64,000 nt of DNA from an uncultured Phycisphaerales bacterium. GTDB lineage: Bacteria > Planctomycetota > Phycisphaerae > Tepidisphaerales > Tepidisphaeraceae. Positions 1 to 11,179 of this stretch are shown here, piece by piece. Location: the NCBI GenBank assembly GCA_963844715.1, contig CAWJPJ010000005.1, positions 96,001 to 160,000 on the forward strand, read 5' to 3'. The notes beneath the pieces are model-generated. The model was not told the DNA's origin, did not search any database, and worked only from the letters and a program-made list of their open reading frames with translations. The number at the start of each line of letters is the position of its first letter. Position 1 is the first letter of the stretch. The position numbers and the translations under genes were made by a program.

Positions 1-720
1 TCAATCTTAATCGACGCCCCGGTGATAAACGCCCCCTCCGGCCCGGCCAAAAACGAAACCAAGGCCGCGATCTCTTCAGGCTTTCCGAACCGCCCCAATG
101 CCATGACTTGTCTCAATCCGGCCGCGTTCGGCCCACTGGCCGGATTGAGATCCGTATCGATGGGTCCCGGCTGAATATTGTTCACGGTGATCCCGCGGCC
201 CCAAATCGCGAGCCAGGCCATGCGTAAATCCCGCAATCGCACCCTTCGTCATCGCATAAATCGAACCCCCTGGAAACGGCATCACATCGCTGTTGACGCT
301 TCCGATATTAATAATCCGCCCGCCGTCGCGCATCTGCCGTGCCGCTTCCCGCGACGCATAAAAAACCGCCCGCACATTCACGGATAGCATGCGCTCGAAT
401 TGTTCATCCGGAAATCGCGCGATTTCCGCCACGAACAGCATCCCCGCGTTGTTGACCAGGATGTCCAGCCCGCCAAATTCGGCGGTCGTGCGTTGGACGG
501 CACCTTGCACGGCCGCGGGGTCCGATGAATCCGCGGCTATCGCCATCGCCCGCCCGCCCTCGGCGCGCATGGAGGCAACAATATCTTGCGCGTTTTTCGC
601 CGACGCGCCATAGGTAATCGCCACCATCGCCCCATCCGCCGCCAATCTTCTGGCGATTGCCGCCCCGATCCCCCGCGAGCCCCCGGTCACCAACGCCGCC
701 TTACCCTTCAGATCCGACAT
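1..720 (-). CDS. Short-chain dehydrogenase/reductase (FabG-like); frameshift near 195; runs off window start
   Basis: TGGSRGIG Rossmann motif, NNAG, YAMTK catalytic motif; C-terminal GAFITGASIKID in another frame at 1-40. Confidence 0.9.
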
Positions 721-863
721 GGCCGCTCCTCTTTTGGGTCGCGATGACCCGTGCAAATATACCCACGCTTCGCGGCGCAAAGACAATGAAAAATATTTTC
801 CTCGCCTCCCTTGCCGCGGCCGCGCCTATCATTTTCAAATTACTTTTTGCGGAAAGGACGCGC

Positions 864-1533
864 ATGCAAGACTGGCTGACCCCGGCTGAGATTTCGGGAA
901 TTTTTGCCCAGGAGATCGCCGCCACCGGCGGAAAAGTGCACGAGGCGTTCCATGACGAGGCCCGCCTGTTTATGCGCTCGGTCCTCCCGCCATCCCTCGA
1001 CGTGGCTCCGGGTGACCGATTGCACGCCGGCGTGGCCCTGCGCCAACGACACGGATATCCTGATCCATCCCTACGTCTTCCGCGTGGTCTGCGGCAACGG
1101 TGCAATCATGGCGCAAGCCGTGCAGACACGGCATATCGCGCGCGACAGCGCGAGCCCGTTTAGCATTGAGGCCGAGGTCCGCCAGGCCATCCGCTGCTGC
1201 TGCGAGCCGGAGGCGTTCACCTTCGCCGCCGATCAGATGCGCACCGCCAAACAATCCCAGGCCGACATGCTGATTAACATGTCGGCTTTTTTGGGAACTC
1301 ACCGCATTCCAGGGGAGATCGCGAGCCGGATTCTTCGCCAATACTTTGAGATGGAGGAACGATCCGCCTACGGCTTCATGAACGCCGTAACCGCCGTTGC
1401 CCGCGACACCAAAGACCCCGAAACCAAATGGCGCCTGGAATCCCTCGGCGGCGCGATTCCTACCCAAGCCAATCCGCCATCATCCCCAAGACCCTCGCGT
1501 CGTGAGCGCCTGATCCCAGTCGAAGCAACGTGA
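864..1533 (+). CDS. DUF932-like protein (frameshift near 1045)
   Basis: ATG 864 after AAAGGA; joined frames give GD-x-HAGVALR...FRVVCGNGAI and SAYGFMNAVT, resembling DUF932 motifs. Confidence 0.55.
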
Positions 1534-1713
1534 CCGAAACCGCGCCGTCTCGCCTATTGCGTCTCGTACGACTGGATCGGAATCTTAAAAGACGGCCAGC
1601 GCGTCTGGATCGATTCCAATTCTCGCAAGACATTGAGCCGCTTATCGATCGAACGCACGAAGGAAAAATCTCTTGCTCCCAGGCTGGGATCATGCGATAC
1701 TATACGGTAAGGG

Positions 1714-2013
1714 ATGAGGATTATATCGCGTAAGCGACTTCGGCAGTTTTGGCAGCGGCCCGGATACGGTGACGCCGAGCAGCCGCTTAGAGCATGGTTT
1801 CGCGAGGCCTCGAAGGCCGAATGGGACAATCCGGCGGCCATCAAGGCGATATATCGCAGTGCGAGCATCATTGGAGACAGCCGAGTGGTCTTCAACATCG
1901 CCGGAAACAAATACCGTCTGGTGGGGAAGGTGAACTATCCTTATCGAGTTATCTATATCAGGTTTGTCGGCACGCATCGGCAATACGACTCAATCGATGT
2001 GAAGGAGATTTAG
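1714..2013 (+). CDS. higB: HigB-family toxin
   Basis: MRIISRKRL...VVFNIAGNKYRL...FVGTHRQYD. Confidence 0.9.
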   Translation: MRIISRKRLRQFWQRPGYGDAEQPLRAWFREASKAEWDNPAAIKAIYRSASIIGDSRVVFNIAGNKYRLVGKVNYPYRVIYIRFVGTHRQYDSIDVKEI

Positions 2014-2014
2014 A

Positions 2015-2387
2015 ATGAAGATAACACCCATCAAAACCGAGCGGGACTATAGCCGTGTGATGGCGGAGATTGATTCGCTGATGGACGCGAAGCCGAACAC
2101 CGTGGCTGGCGATCGACTCGATGTGCTGGTGACGCTTGTTGAAGCGTGGGAAGAAAAACATCACCCCATCGAGCCCCCTGACCCGGTCCAGGCGATCCTT
2201 TTTGCCATGGAGCAGCGCGGGTTGACCCGCCGCGACCTCGAGCCATTCATCGGAACCCGGGCCCGCGTGGCCGAAGTGCTCAACGGCAAGCGCCCCTCAC
2301 TTTGTCCATGATTCGACGATTGCACGAAGGTTTGGGAATCCCGGCCGATGTGCTGATCCGTGAGGGTCGGTACCGCCGCGCGGATGA
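2015..2387 (+). CDS. higA: HigA antitoxin (HTH); frameshift near 2295, 3' end uncertain
   Basis: PIKTERDY...PDPVQAILFAMEQRGL...EVLNGKR then SMIRRLHEGLGIPADVLI in next frame; directly after higB. Confidence 0.85.
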
Positions 2388-2421
2388 GCCGCGTTTTTGC
2401 CATGCCGATGAAGTGGGAAGG

Positions 2422-3236
2422 TCAAGCGTATTCACCGGCGATGGAAACCAGTTGGCCTCGCATCGTAGTGATAGCCTTTCCCAGCAAGTGAACGCGATCG
2501 CCGTGCAATTCAAGCCGGAGTTCACCTCCTCGTGTTGAAAGCTGCCGCGCCGTGAACGCGCGCCGATTCAATTGGTCTGCCCAGTACGGCGCGAGTGTGC
2601 AGTGCGCGGATCCCGTCACCGGATCCTCCGCTATCCCAGCCGCCGGCGCAAAAATCGGCTCACGAAATCGACTCCGGGCTGGTCCCCCTCCGCTGTCACG
2701 ATCACCCCCACCGGATGCCAATTCGCCAGCGCGCCAAGGTCAGGCTTGCACGCGCGCACCTCTTCCGCGCTCGCCAGGCGCAGGGTCAAATTCATTGTCG
2801 TCTGCCCAACGCAGACAATCGGCCCCGAAACCCCAAGCACGCGCGCCGCCCCTTGGGGCAGCTCCGCCGCCCGCGGAGGCGTCGCCGGGAAATCCATCCT
2901 GATCCACTCGTTCACCCGATCACAAACCAGTTCCCCACTATCTCGCGTCACAAACCGGATCGGCTTTCGCTCCTCAACAATTTTCATTTCCCACAGCGCA
3001 TGAGCCGCCCCCAGCGTCGCATGCCCGCACAGCGGCACCTCCCGAGTCGGCGTAAACCATCTCAATTCAAATCGCCCATCATCAAGGAGGCGCGCAAACG
3101 CCGTCTCCGCAGGTTAAACTCGCCGGCGATCGCCTGCATCGTGCGCGTCATCCAATGCCGCATCCAGCGGTACGACCGCCGCGGGATTGCCCGAAAATGG
3201 TTTGGACGCGAACGCGTCCACAATCACGTAGTTCAT
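2422..3236 (-). CDS. PhzF-family epimerase/isomerase (several frameshifts)
   Basis: MNYVIVDAFASKPFSGNPAAV start, RWFTPTREVPLCGHATL, EDPVTGSAH motifs in successive frames. Confidence 0.9.
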
Positions 3237-3496
3237 AATTCAAGCCGCATAATCAATTGCCCGTTATCAACGCCGCGAGGTTCCATTTTTCGAAAACTCA
3301 TGACCACTCACCATCCCGCGAACCCTGCGGGCTATCGGCAATTCCTGCACCAGAAATCCGCCGAAAGCAAAGCCCGTCGCATTCACCAAACGTGCGGGAA
3401 ATAAAGGAATGCTAAGAGTCCAAGGCGTTATACACTAACGGCTTATAGATCATTCTCCTCGTGCGCATCATATATCGGACTTAAAATCTTACTCCC

Positions 3497-3512
3497 TGGC
3501 ACGCCCCTTGAT
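3497..3512 (+). promoter_or_regulatory. Putative sigma54 (-24/-12) promoter of flgF operon
   Basis: TGGCACG-CCCC-TTGAT, one mismatch to TGGCACG-N4-TTGCW, ~40 nt before flgF. Confidence 0.7.
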
Positions 3513-3551
3513 CTAGCCCCGGTTGCTCTTTGGCGCTTGCGGAGTAACTAC

Positions 3552-4307
3552 GTGCTCTACGGACTCTATCTTTCAGCGACTGGTGTGGTGACTAACAGTT
3601 ACCGCCAGGACGTCATTGCCAACAACATCGCCAACTCCGAAACCATCGGGTTCAAGCGCGATCTGGCCCTGCTCCAGGAGCGACCCACCGCCGCCCAGGA
3701 ATTCGGCGAATCCGTTCCCGATTCCATCATCGGAAACATGACCGGCGGCATGATGGCCGTCCCCACCCAGGTCGACACCAGTCAGGGCGACCTTCAGCCG
3801 ACCGGAAATCCCCTGGATGTCGCCATCCAAGGCAACGGCTATTTCGCAGTCAATGCCAACGGAAAATTCCGCCTCACGCGCAACGGGCAGTTCGTTATGG
3901 ACCACGCCGGACGCCTGGCGCTTTTCGATGACAACGGTCCCGACGTCCTCGATAACAAGCAAACCCCCATTTATCTCTCCCCCGGGGCTCCGGTTTTGAT
4001 CTCCGAAGACGGCACGATCACCCAGAAAGGCGAGGTTGTCGCCAAGATCGGCCTGTTCGACGTGCCAAACTCGACGGACCTGAAAAAAGAAGGCAACACC
4101 CTCATGTCCGTGCAGCAGGGCGCGCAGGTTTCCACTGCCTCGGCTAAGTTCCACACTTCGTTTCTCGAACGTTCCAACGTTGATCCCGCGACAGAGTTGA
4201 CGGCTCTCATGGACGCCCAGCGCCAGCTCGAAGCCAACGCCAACATGATTCAGACTCAGGACGAAACGCTCAGCAAACTCGTCAGCGACGTAGGAAAAAT
4301 TAGCTAG
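3552..4307 (+). CDS. flgF: Flagellar basal-body rod protein FlgF
   Basis: IANNIANSETIGFK, TGNPLDVAIQGNGYF, LERSNVD; GTG start after GGAG; precedes flgG. Confidence 0.85.
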   Translation: MLYGLYLSATGVVTNSYRQDVIANNIANSETIGFKRDLALLQERPTAAQEFGESVPDSIIGNMTGGMMAVPTQVDTSQGDLQPTGNPLDVAIQGNGYFAVNANGKFRLTRNGQFVMDHAGRLALFDDNGPDVLDNKQTPIYLSPGAPVLISEDGTITQKGEVVAKIGLFDVPNSTDLKKEGNTLMSVQQGAQVSTASAKFHTSFLERSNVDPATELTALMDAQRQLEANANMIQTQDETLSKLVSDVGKIS

Positions 4308-4321
4308 GAAGACCCAACCTT

Positions 4322-5130
4322 ATGGCTATAACCGCACTTTATTCCGCTTCGACCGGCTTACGGGCCTCTCCACAGACATCGACGTCATCGCCAACAACCT
4401 ATCCAACGCCGAAACCACGGCGTTCAAAGCCAGCCGCGTCAATTTCGAGGATTTGTTCTACCAAACTATCAGGGAGCCCGGCACCACCAGCGGCAACGGC
4501 GAGATCTCTCCCGCCGGCATCTACGTCGGGCTCGGAACCAACATCGCCAATACCCAGCTCGACCTCACTCAAGGCAGCCTCGAAAACACAGGCCGTGATC
4601 TCGACGTCGGCATCCAGGGCACCGGTTTCTTCCGCGTCAAAGTCCTCTCGACTCTCGGCGACGGAACCGCCTACACCAGAAACGGGAACTTCTTTGTCAA
4701 CAATGTGGGCCAGCTGGTGGTCGGCATGGGCGACGGTTACACCCTCATCCCGCCCATCACCGTCCCGACCGGCGTGACCAACATCACGATCAGTCAGGAC
4801 GGCATCATCACCGGCCTCAAACCCAACGCCACCACGCCGTCGCAGATCGGGCAAATCACCGTCAACCAGTTCGTTAACCCGCAGGGCCTCACGCTCCTCG
4901 GCGGAAGCTTGTACCAGGAAACCCAATCCTCGGGGCCGCCAATCACCAGCAATCCGGGCGATCAAGGCTCCGGCGTCCTCCTTCAGAATTATCTCGAGTC
5001 CAGCAACGTCGATCCGGTCACCGAACTGGTGACGCTCATCCAGACTCAACGCGCGTTTGAATTGAACAGCCAGTCCATACAAACCGCCGACCAGGCGCTG
5101 CAGACCATCACCAATCTGCGGCGCGGATGA
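4322..5130 (+). CDS. flgG: Flagellar basal-body rod protein FlgG (frameshift near 4365)
   Basis: FEDLFYQT, AYTRNGNF, YLESSNVDPVTEL...QRAFELNS. Confidence 0.9.
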
Positions 5131-5153
5131 TTTTCCCGCGACATGGAGGTCGC

Positions 5154-6502
5154 ATGAACAATGGCAGGCCGTTAGGCAAGAAAAAAACCGTGCAACTGCT
5201 GATCCTGCTGACCGTCCTAGCGTGGGCCACGCAGACCCTCATTCACCAATGGGGCTTCGGCGACGAAACCGATGCCACCCCCGACGCCGCGAACGCGCCC
5301 GCCGCGATCAACGCTCCCGCCCCCGCCCCCGCCCCCGATCCGGACGCCGTCGGGCCCGAGCAATTCGTCAGCGGCGGATCGTCCGAAGCCGTCGTGGCCG
5401 CCACCTTGGAATTGAAGTCCGAGGCCACGATCGTTGGGTCCGACGTCAAATTGAAGCAGGTCTGCCGCTGGAACACCACGGATGACACGATTCTCGCCCC
5501 CATCGCCGATCTGACAGTTTACCACATCGATGGCCCCACGCCGTTTCATTCCCTCAGTGTCGATGACATTCGCCAGACGCTTCACGACGCCGGCATCAAT
5601 CTCGCCACCATCAACTTTGTCGGCGCCGCCTCCTGCACTGTGACGCGCAGCGATGTGCAAACCGATCCGCAAAGCGCCCTCGCGATTGGATCAATTCCCG
5701 TCAATCCGCCGGTGGCGCGACGCAGCCGCTTGCCAACCCCCAAGCCACCGATTCCACTCCGGCCGCAACGCCCGCGGCCGCGATCGTTCCATCTTCCACG
5801 CCCATCGCCCCAACCGTCGATTCAACCGTAGACCGCAAACCTTTCCATACTCTGCGCGATTTGCTGACCGCCGACGCGTGCCAAACTCTCGGCGTCTCTC
5901 CCGACGCCATCCAGATGACCTTCAGCCCGCAGGACGAAAAGGTCCTCAATCTCACTGACGTCGCCTTCCAATTCGACATTCAAGCCACGCGGCTTCACAA
6001 CCTTGGGCGCGTCGCCTGGGATGTGGGGATTTTCAGCGGCCCTGAAAGCAAAAGGGTTGACATTGAAGCCCGCGCCCAGATGTGGGAAGACCAGGTCGTC
6101 GTCGCCAAGCCGCTGGCGCAAAAGGAAATCCTGCAGGATTCCGATTTCCAGACCCACCACGTGCTGGTCGATTCGCTGCCCGACGAGACGCTGCTCACCC
6201 TCGCCCAGTGTGAGGGCCAGCAAGCCGCCAGCGATTTGAAACCCGGCCAGATCATGGGCGGGCGTCTGGTCGATCCCGTGCCGCTCGTTCGCGCAGGTCA
6301 ATTGGTGACGATCACCCTGACCGAAGGCACAGTCGAAATTCGCGAAGTCGGCCGGTCCATGGAGTCCGGCGTCCTCGGCGAATCCATCAAAGTACGCAAC
6401 GAAACGACGCGCGATGTGTATGACGTCGTAGTTACCGGCGAGCAGGAGGCCCGCCTCGGATCCACGTCCGCGAGCGCCGGAAGCGTCTCGCAGGGCTATT
6501 GA
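5154..6502 (+). CDS. flgA: P-ring chaperone FlgA with long N-terminal extension (frameshift near 5690)
   Basis: C-terminal PLVRAGQLVTI...GRSMESGVLGESIKVRN; position between flgG and flgH. Confidence 0.8.
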
Positions 6503-6516
6503 TCGGAGCAGCTTTC

Positions 6517-7315
6517 ATGCTCGAAAAATTGTTCGCGCGCTGGCGCCCGTCCTCGTCGTGACGCTCCTTGGGGGAGTTGCGGCGCTCAGACCGACTCGGC
6601 GGCCGCCGTACCGGACGGGCAGACGGACGGGCAAAACCAGACTACCTCCTCCGATCTGGCCGGCCAGTCTCTTCCCATCGGAGAACTGGTCGAGCGCAAC
6701 GGCGGCTCCCTTGCCCGCGCCACACTCGGTTCCCGCACCGACGCGGCCGGCGCCACCACGCCGATGACCGCCGCCAGCTACTTCGCCGTTCCCGAACCGC
6801 CCGCCAAACTCCTGCACAAGCACGACCTGGTCACCATCATCGTCAACGAGCAAAGCGCCTACAGCACCAACGGCGTCAACGACCTGGAAAAAGCCGCCGA
6901 TTTCGACACGCAAATCGCCGACTATCTCAACATCGATCCCTCGCGCTTGCGGGTCAGCCCCCAGCAGCCGTCCAATCCCCTCGAGTTTAAATCCGTCGCC
7001 TCGCGCGATCTAAAGGGAACCGCGCAGGTCAACCGCACCGATTCGGTGACCGCGCGCATCACCGCCACCGTCGTCGACGTGAAGCCGAACGGAACGCTCG
7101 TCCTTCAGGCTGCCGAAACCATCAAGACCGACGACGAATTGCAGATGATGAGCCTCACCGGCACCTGCCGCGTCGACGACGTTACTCCCGACAACAGCGT
7201 CCTCAGCACGCAGCTTTTCGATTTGCATTTAACGAAAGTTCACAAGGGTCAGGTTCGCGACACAACCAAGCGCGGCCTCATCCCCCGATTATTGGACTGG
7301 ATCGACCCATTCTGA
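6517..7315 (+). CDS. flgH: Flagellar L-ring protein FlgH (5' frameshifts)
   Basis: DLVTIIVNE, ITATVVDVKPNGTLVL, LTGTCRVDDVTPDNSVLS, C-terminal DPF. Confidence 0.9.
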
Positions 7316-7344
7316 CGATTGGGTTATTGGCCGTTGGATAAGTC

Positions 7345-8508
7345 ATGATGCGCTCGAGCACTACTGATCGCCCGTCACAAAATGCCGCCCCATTTAGCGG
7401 CGGTGCGCAGCGCCGAGGGACCCACTGGCTCAAGACTCGCGTCACCCTGACTCTGTTCTCCCTGATGACCCTCCTGGTTATCGGACCGACCAACGCCTTC
7501 GCCGTCAAAGTCGCCGACATCACGCGCATCGGCGGCGAACGCACCAACATCCTCACCGGTCTCGGACTTGTGTACGGACTCAAAGGCACCGGCGACGGCG
7601 GCGCCTTCGCCGCCGCCATCAATCCCCTCCGAGCCATGCTCGCCAAATTCGCCGACCCGGTCACCGTCACCCAGCTCTCCAACGCTTCCAACGTCGCGGT
7701 CGTCATAGCCACCGCCACGGTCCCTGGCGACGGTGTTCGCGACGGCGACCATCTTGACGTCTACGTCACCAGCGTCGGCGCCGCGGCCAGCCTTCGCGGC
7801 GGAAGACTCTTTGTCACGCCCATGCAAGGCCCAATTCCAGGCGGGCCGCTCCTGGCCCTGGCTGAAGGGCCCGTTAACCTCGAAGATCCCAGCACGCCCA
7901 CGGTCGGCGTCGTCAAAGGCGCCGCCGGCGGGGCGGTCATGGAGGCGGATCTTCCCGCCCACGTCATCGATTCCAGCGGCCGATTCACGCTCATTCTCGA
8001 CGATCCGTCCGCGAGCTGGGCCACCGCCAGCCGCATCGCAAAAATCATCAACGACTCCGAAGCCCTCGACGGCGAAACCCTCGCCATCGCGATCGACGCA
8101 AAAAATATCATCGTGACCATTCCCACCAACGAGCGCCAGCATCCCGACAGTTTCATCGCCAGGATTCAGCAGCTTCCCGTTCAGCTTCTGTCCACCGAAG
8201 CGCGGGTCACCATCAACGAACATACCGGCACCATCATCATGACCGGCGACGTCGAAATCAGCCCCGTGGTCATCTGCCACAACGGGCTGTCCATTTCGAC
8301 CGTCACTCCACAGCCCATTCCGACGATGCGGAATCCCCTGGTCACCGAGCACGACACCGTCGCCGTCTCCACCGACGAAACCAACGGCAATCTCCAGGAC
8401 CTCGTCAACGCCATGGAGCAATTGAAAGTCCCCGCGCAGGACCGCATCGACATCATCAAAGAGTTGTACAAAACCGGGAAACTACACGCGAAACTGATCG
8501 AGGAGTAA
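7345..8508 (+). CDS. flgI: Flagellar P-ring protein FlgI (start may be later)
   Basis: LTGLGLVYGLKGTGD, NVAVV, SLRGGRLFVTP, ARVTINEHTGTII, GKLHAKL. Confidence 0.93.
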   Translation: MMRSSTTDRPSQNAAPFSGGAQRRGTHWLKTRVTLTLFSLMTLLVIGPTNAFAVKVADITRIGGERTNILTGLGLVYGLKGTGDGGAFAAAINPLRAMLAKFADPVTVTQLSNASNVAVVIATATVPGDGVRDGDHLDVYVTSVGAAASLRGGRLFVTPMQGPIPGGPLLALAEGPVNLEDPSTPTVGVVKGAAGGAVMEADLPAHVIDSSGRFTLILDDPSASWATASRIAKIINDSEALDGETLAIAIDAKNIIVTIPTNERQHPDSFIARIQQLPVQLLSTEARVTINEHTGTIIMTGDVEISPVVICHNGLSISTVTPQPIPTMRNPLVTEHDTVAVSTDETNGNLQDLVNAMEQLKVPAQDRIDIIKELYKTGKLHAKLIEE

Positions 8509-8511
8509 CCC

Positions 8512-8977
8512 ATGGACGTATCCACGAATCTTTGGCAAGCCCGCGAGCAGATGGAAAAATGCGCAGCCGACAAATCCTGGGGCCACAACATCGGCCAGGC
8601 GGTCGGCCGCTCCAAGCGCCATGACGCCCTCGTCAAGCAAACCCGCAAATGGGTCGCCCAGACTTTCTTCGGACCCATCCTCAAGCAAATGCGGCGAAGA
8701 CCCGTTCCACAGCGACCTACTAGACGGCGGCAGGGGAGGCCAGGCGTTTTATGAACTCTACGACCAGGAATTGACCAGCCACCTGACCCGCGGCACCGGA
8801 AGCAAGCTCATCAACGCCATCGTCAACCGCATCGAGGCCAAGAATGCTTACGCCAAACAGAGCATGAACGCGATCAATTCCGAACGCGAGGGCGCCGACC
8901 GCGTCCATGTGATCAGAAATGCTGAAGCCAATCTGTCCGTCGCCACACGGAGCAGCAATGTCCCGCCAGCTTTCTGA
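8512..8977 (+). CDS. flgJ: FlgJ-like rod-binding protein without muramidase domain (frameshift near 8695)
   Basis: FFGPILKQMR...GGRGGQAFYELYDQEL resembles rod-binding domain; position after flgI. Confidence 0.7.
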
Positions 8978-9450
8978 CCTCAAAACGGTCCTGGAACAAC
9001 TGATCGCCGAGCAGGGGAAATTGCTTGCGCTATTGGAGGCGCAGTACACGGCGATGAAGAAATGGGACGTCAAGGCGATCCTCGAACTGGGCCACGATCA
9101 GGAGTCGACGCGCTCTGCGCATCTTCTCCCTCGAACACCGGCGCCGCGCGATCGTCCGCCAGATCGCCGCCGGGGCCAAGCTCAACGAGGAGCCGAGCAT
9201 TTCGCGCCTCATCGAACTTTTTCCCCCGTTCGCGCCGGACCTGATTCGCCTCCGCGACCAGCTCCGCGCCGTCATCGGGAAGATTTCGCATCGCGCCTCG
9301 ATGGCCGCGAAACTATCGGCGGCGGTCCTGGGGCATCTGAACACCGCCGTTCGTCTTGTCGCCGGCGCCATCGAACGCGCCGGCGTGTATACGCGCACCG
9401 GCTCGCCCAAGGTCGCCGCACGAATCGGAAACATGGATGCAATCGGCTGA
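8958..9450 (+). CDS. flgN: Export chaperone FlgN (frameshift near 9115)
   Basis: Helical ~160 aa protein between flgJ and flgK ending GVYTRTG. Confidence 0.7.
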
Positions 9451-9462
9451 TCGGAAATTGAT

Positions 9463-11171
9463 ATGTCTCTAATTGGCGCATTGAACGTCGGACAGTCGGC
9501 CCTGGCGGTGAACTCCGCCGCGCTGCAAGTCACCGGCAACAACATCGCCAACGCCGGCAACGCCAATTACGCTCGCGAAGTCGCCGACGTCACCCCCGCC
9601 GCGGATCAGCAACTTGCCCCCGGTTTATTCGTCGGGACCGGCATCGATCTCACCGACGTCCAGCGCCAGGTCGACGAATCCCTGAATGGCCGCCTCAATT
9701 CCGCCATCAGCGACAACAACGCCGCCAACGTCAATTCCCAGTGGAGCGGGCAGATTCAATCGATATTCAACGCCCTGGGCAGCCAGAACCTCAGCACGGA
9801 CATGACCACTTTCCTGGGAAGTTGGTCCACGCTGGCCAACAATCCGCAGGATTCCGCCCAGCGGCAGGTCGTCCTGCAAGCCGGCCAGACCGTCACTCAG
9901 GACTTCAATAATCTCTCCACCCAACTCGGAACGATTCAGACCAACATCGGCCAGCAACTTACCACGCTCACCGGCCAAGCCAACCAATACGCGACTGAAA
10001 TCGCACAGCTCAACACCCAGATCGCCAATTCCCAGGGCGGCAGCGCCATCGAGCCTGGCGGCGACAACAGCCTCCTCGACCAGCGCGATCAGCTCGTCCA
10101 GCAGCTTTCGCAACTTGTCAACGTGCAGGCCGTTAATCAGGGGAACGGCACCGTCAACCTTTATGTCGGCTCCGAGCCGCTTGTCATGGCCGGAAGCACC
10201 CGCGGACTGACCGTCGTTCCGCAGCAGATGAACGGCCAGCCCAACTACCAGATCGTTTTCACTTCCGACAACAGCCCCGTTCAGGCCACCAGCGGGCAAA
10301 TCAGCGGCGCTCCTCAATTCCCAGACGCAGGCCGCCACCGTCTCGCAGCAATTGAGCAATCTCGCCGCCGGTTTCATCTCTTCGGTCAACGACATTCACG
10401 CCAGCGGGCAAGGCACGACCGGATTCACGTCCGTGACGGGAACCAATCAGGTTCTCGATCCCACCGCCGCGCTGAATAGCACCGCCGCCGGCCTCCAATT
10501 CCCGCCGAAAAACGGCAGCTTCGTTGTGAGTGTGACCGACACGTCGACCGGGCTCTCCTCCAGCACCCTCGTCCCGGTCTCACTTACGGGTAGCCCCGGC
10601 GACACAACGCTGAACAGCCTCGTCACCAGCCTCAACGCCATCTCCGGCGTCCAGGCATCCGTTGCCGGGGGACAGCTCACTATCGCCTCGACCAATCCCA
10701 ATCAAACCATTTCATTCAGCCAGGATTCCAGCAACGTCCTGGCGGCTCTGGGCATCAATACCTTTTTCCAGGGTTCCAACGGCGCAGAATATCGCCGTGA
10801 ATTCCTTCTTGCAGAGCAACCCGCAATTCGTCGCCGCCGCCCAAAACGGCAGCGCCGACGACAACAGCAACGCCCTCGCTCTGGCCAATGCCGGAAACGT
10901 CAGTCAGACCGTTTTGAACGGCCAGTCGGTCAACGACGCTTACAGTTCCATGATGAACGGCGTCGCCACCGCCGCTTCCACGGCCACCAACAACGCGTCT
11001 TCCACGCTCGACATCGTGAACACGCTGCAAGCCCAGCAGCAAGCGGTCAGCGGCGTCAGTATCGATGAGGAAACCATCAACCTTATCAAGCAGCAGCAGG
11101 CGTATGCCGGCGCCGCGCGGGTGATTTCAACCGTCGATCAAATGGTGCAGTCGCTTTTGGCCATTACTTAA
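9463..11171 (+). CDS. flgK: Hook-associated protein FlgK (frameshifts near 10310 and 10780)
   Basis: TGNNIANAGNANYAR, LLDQRDQL, VSGVSIDEETINLIKQQQAY. Confidence 0.93.
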
Positions 11172-11179
11172 AGGCAAGT

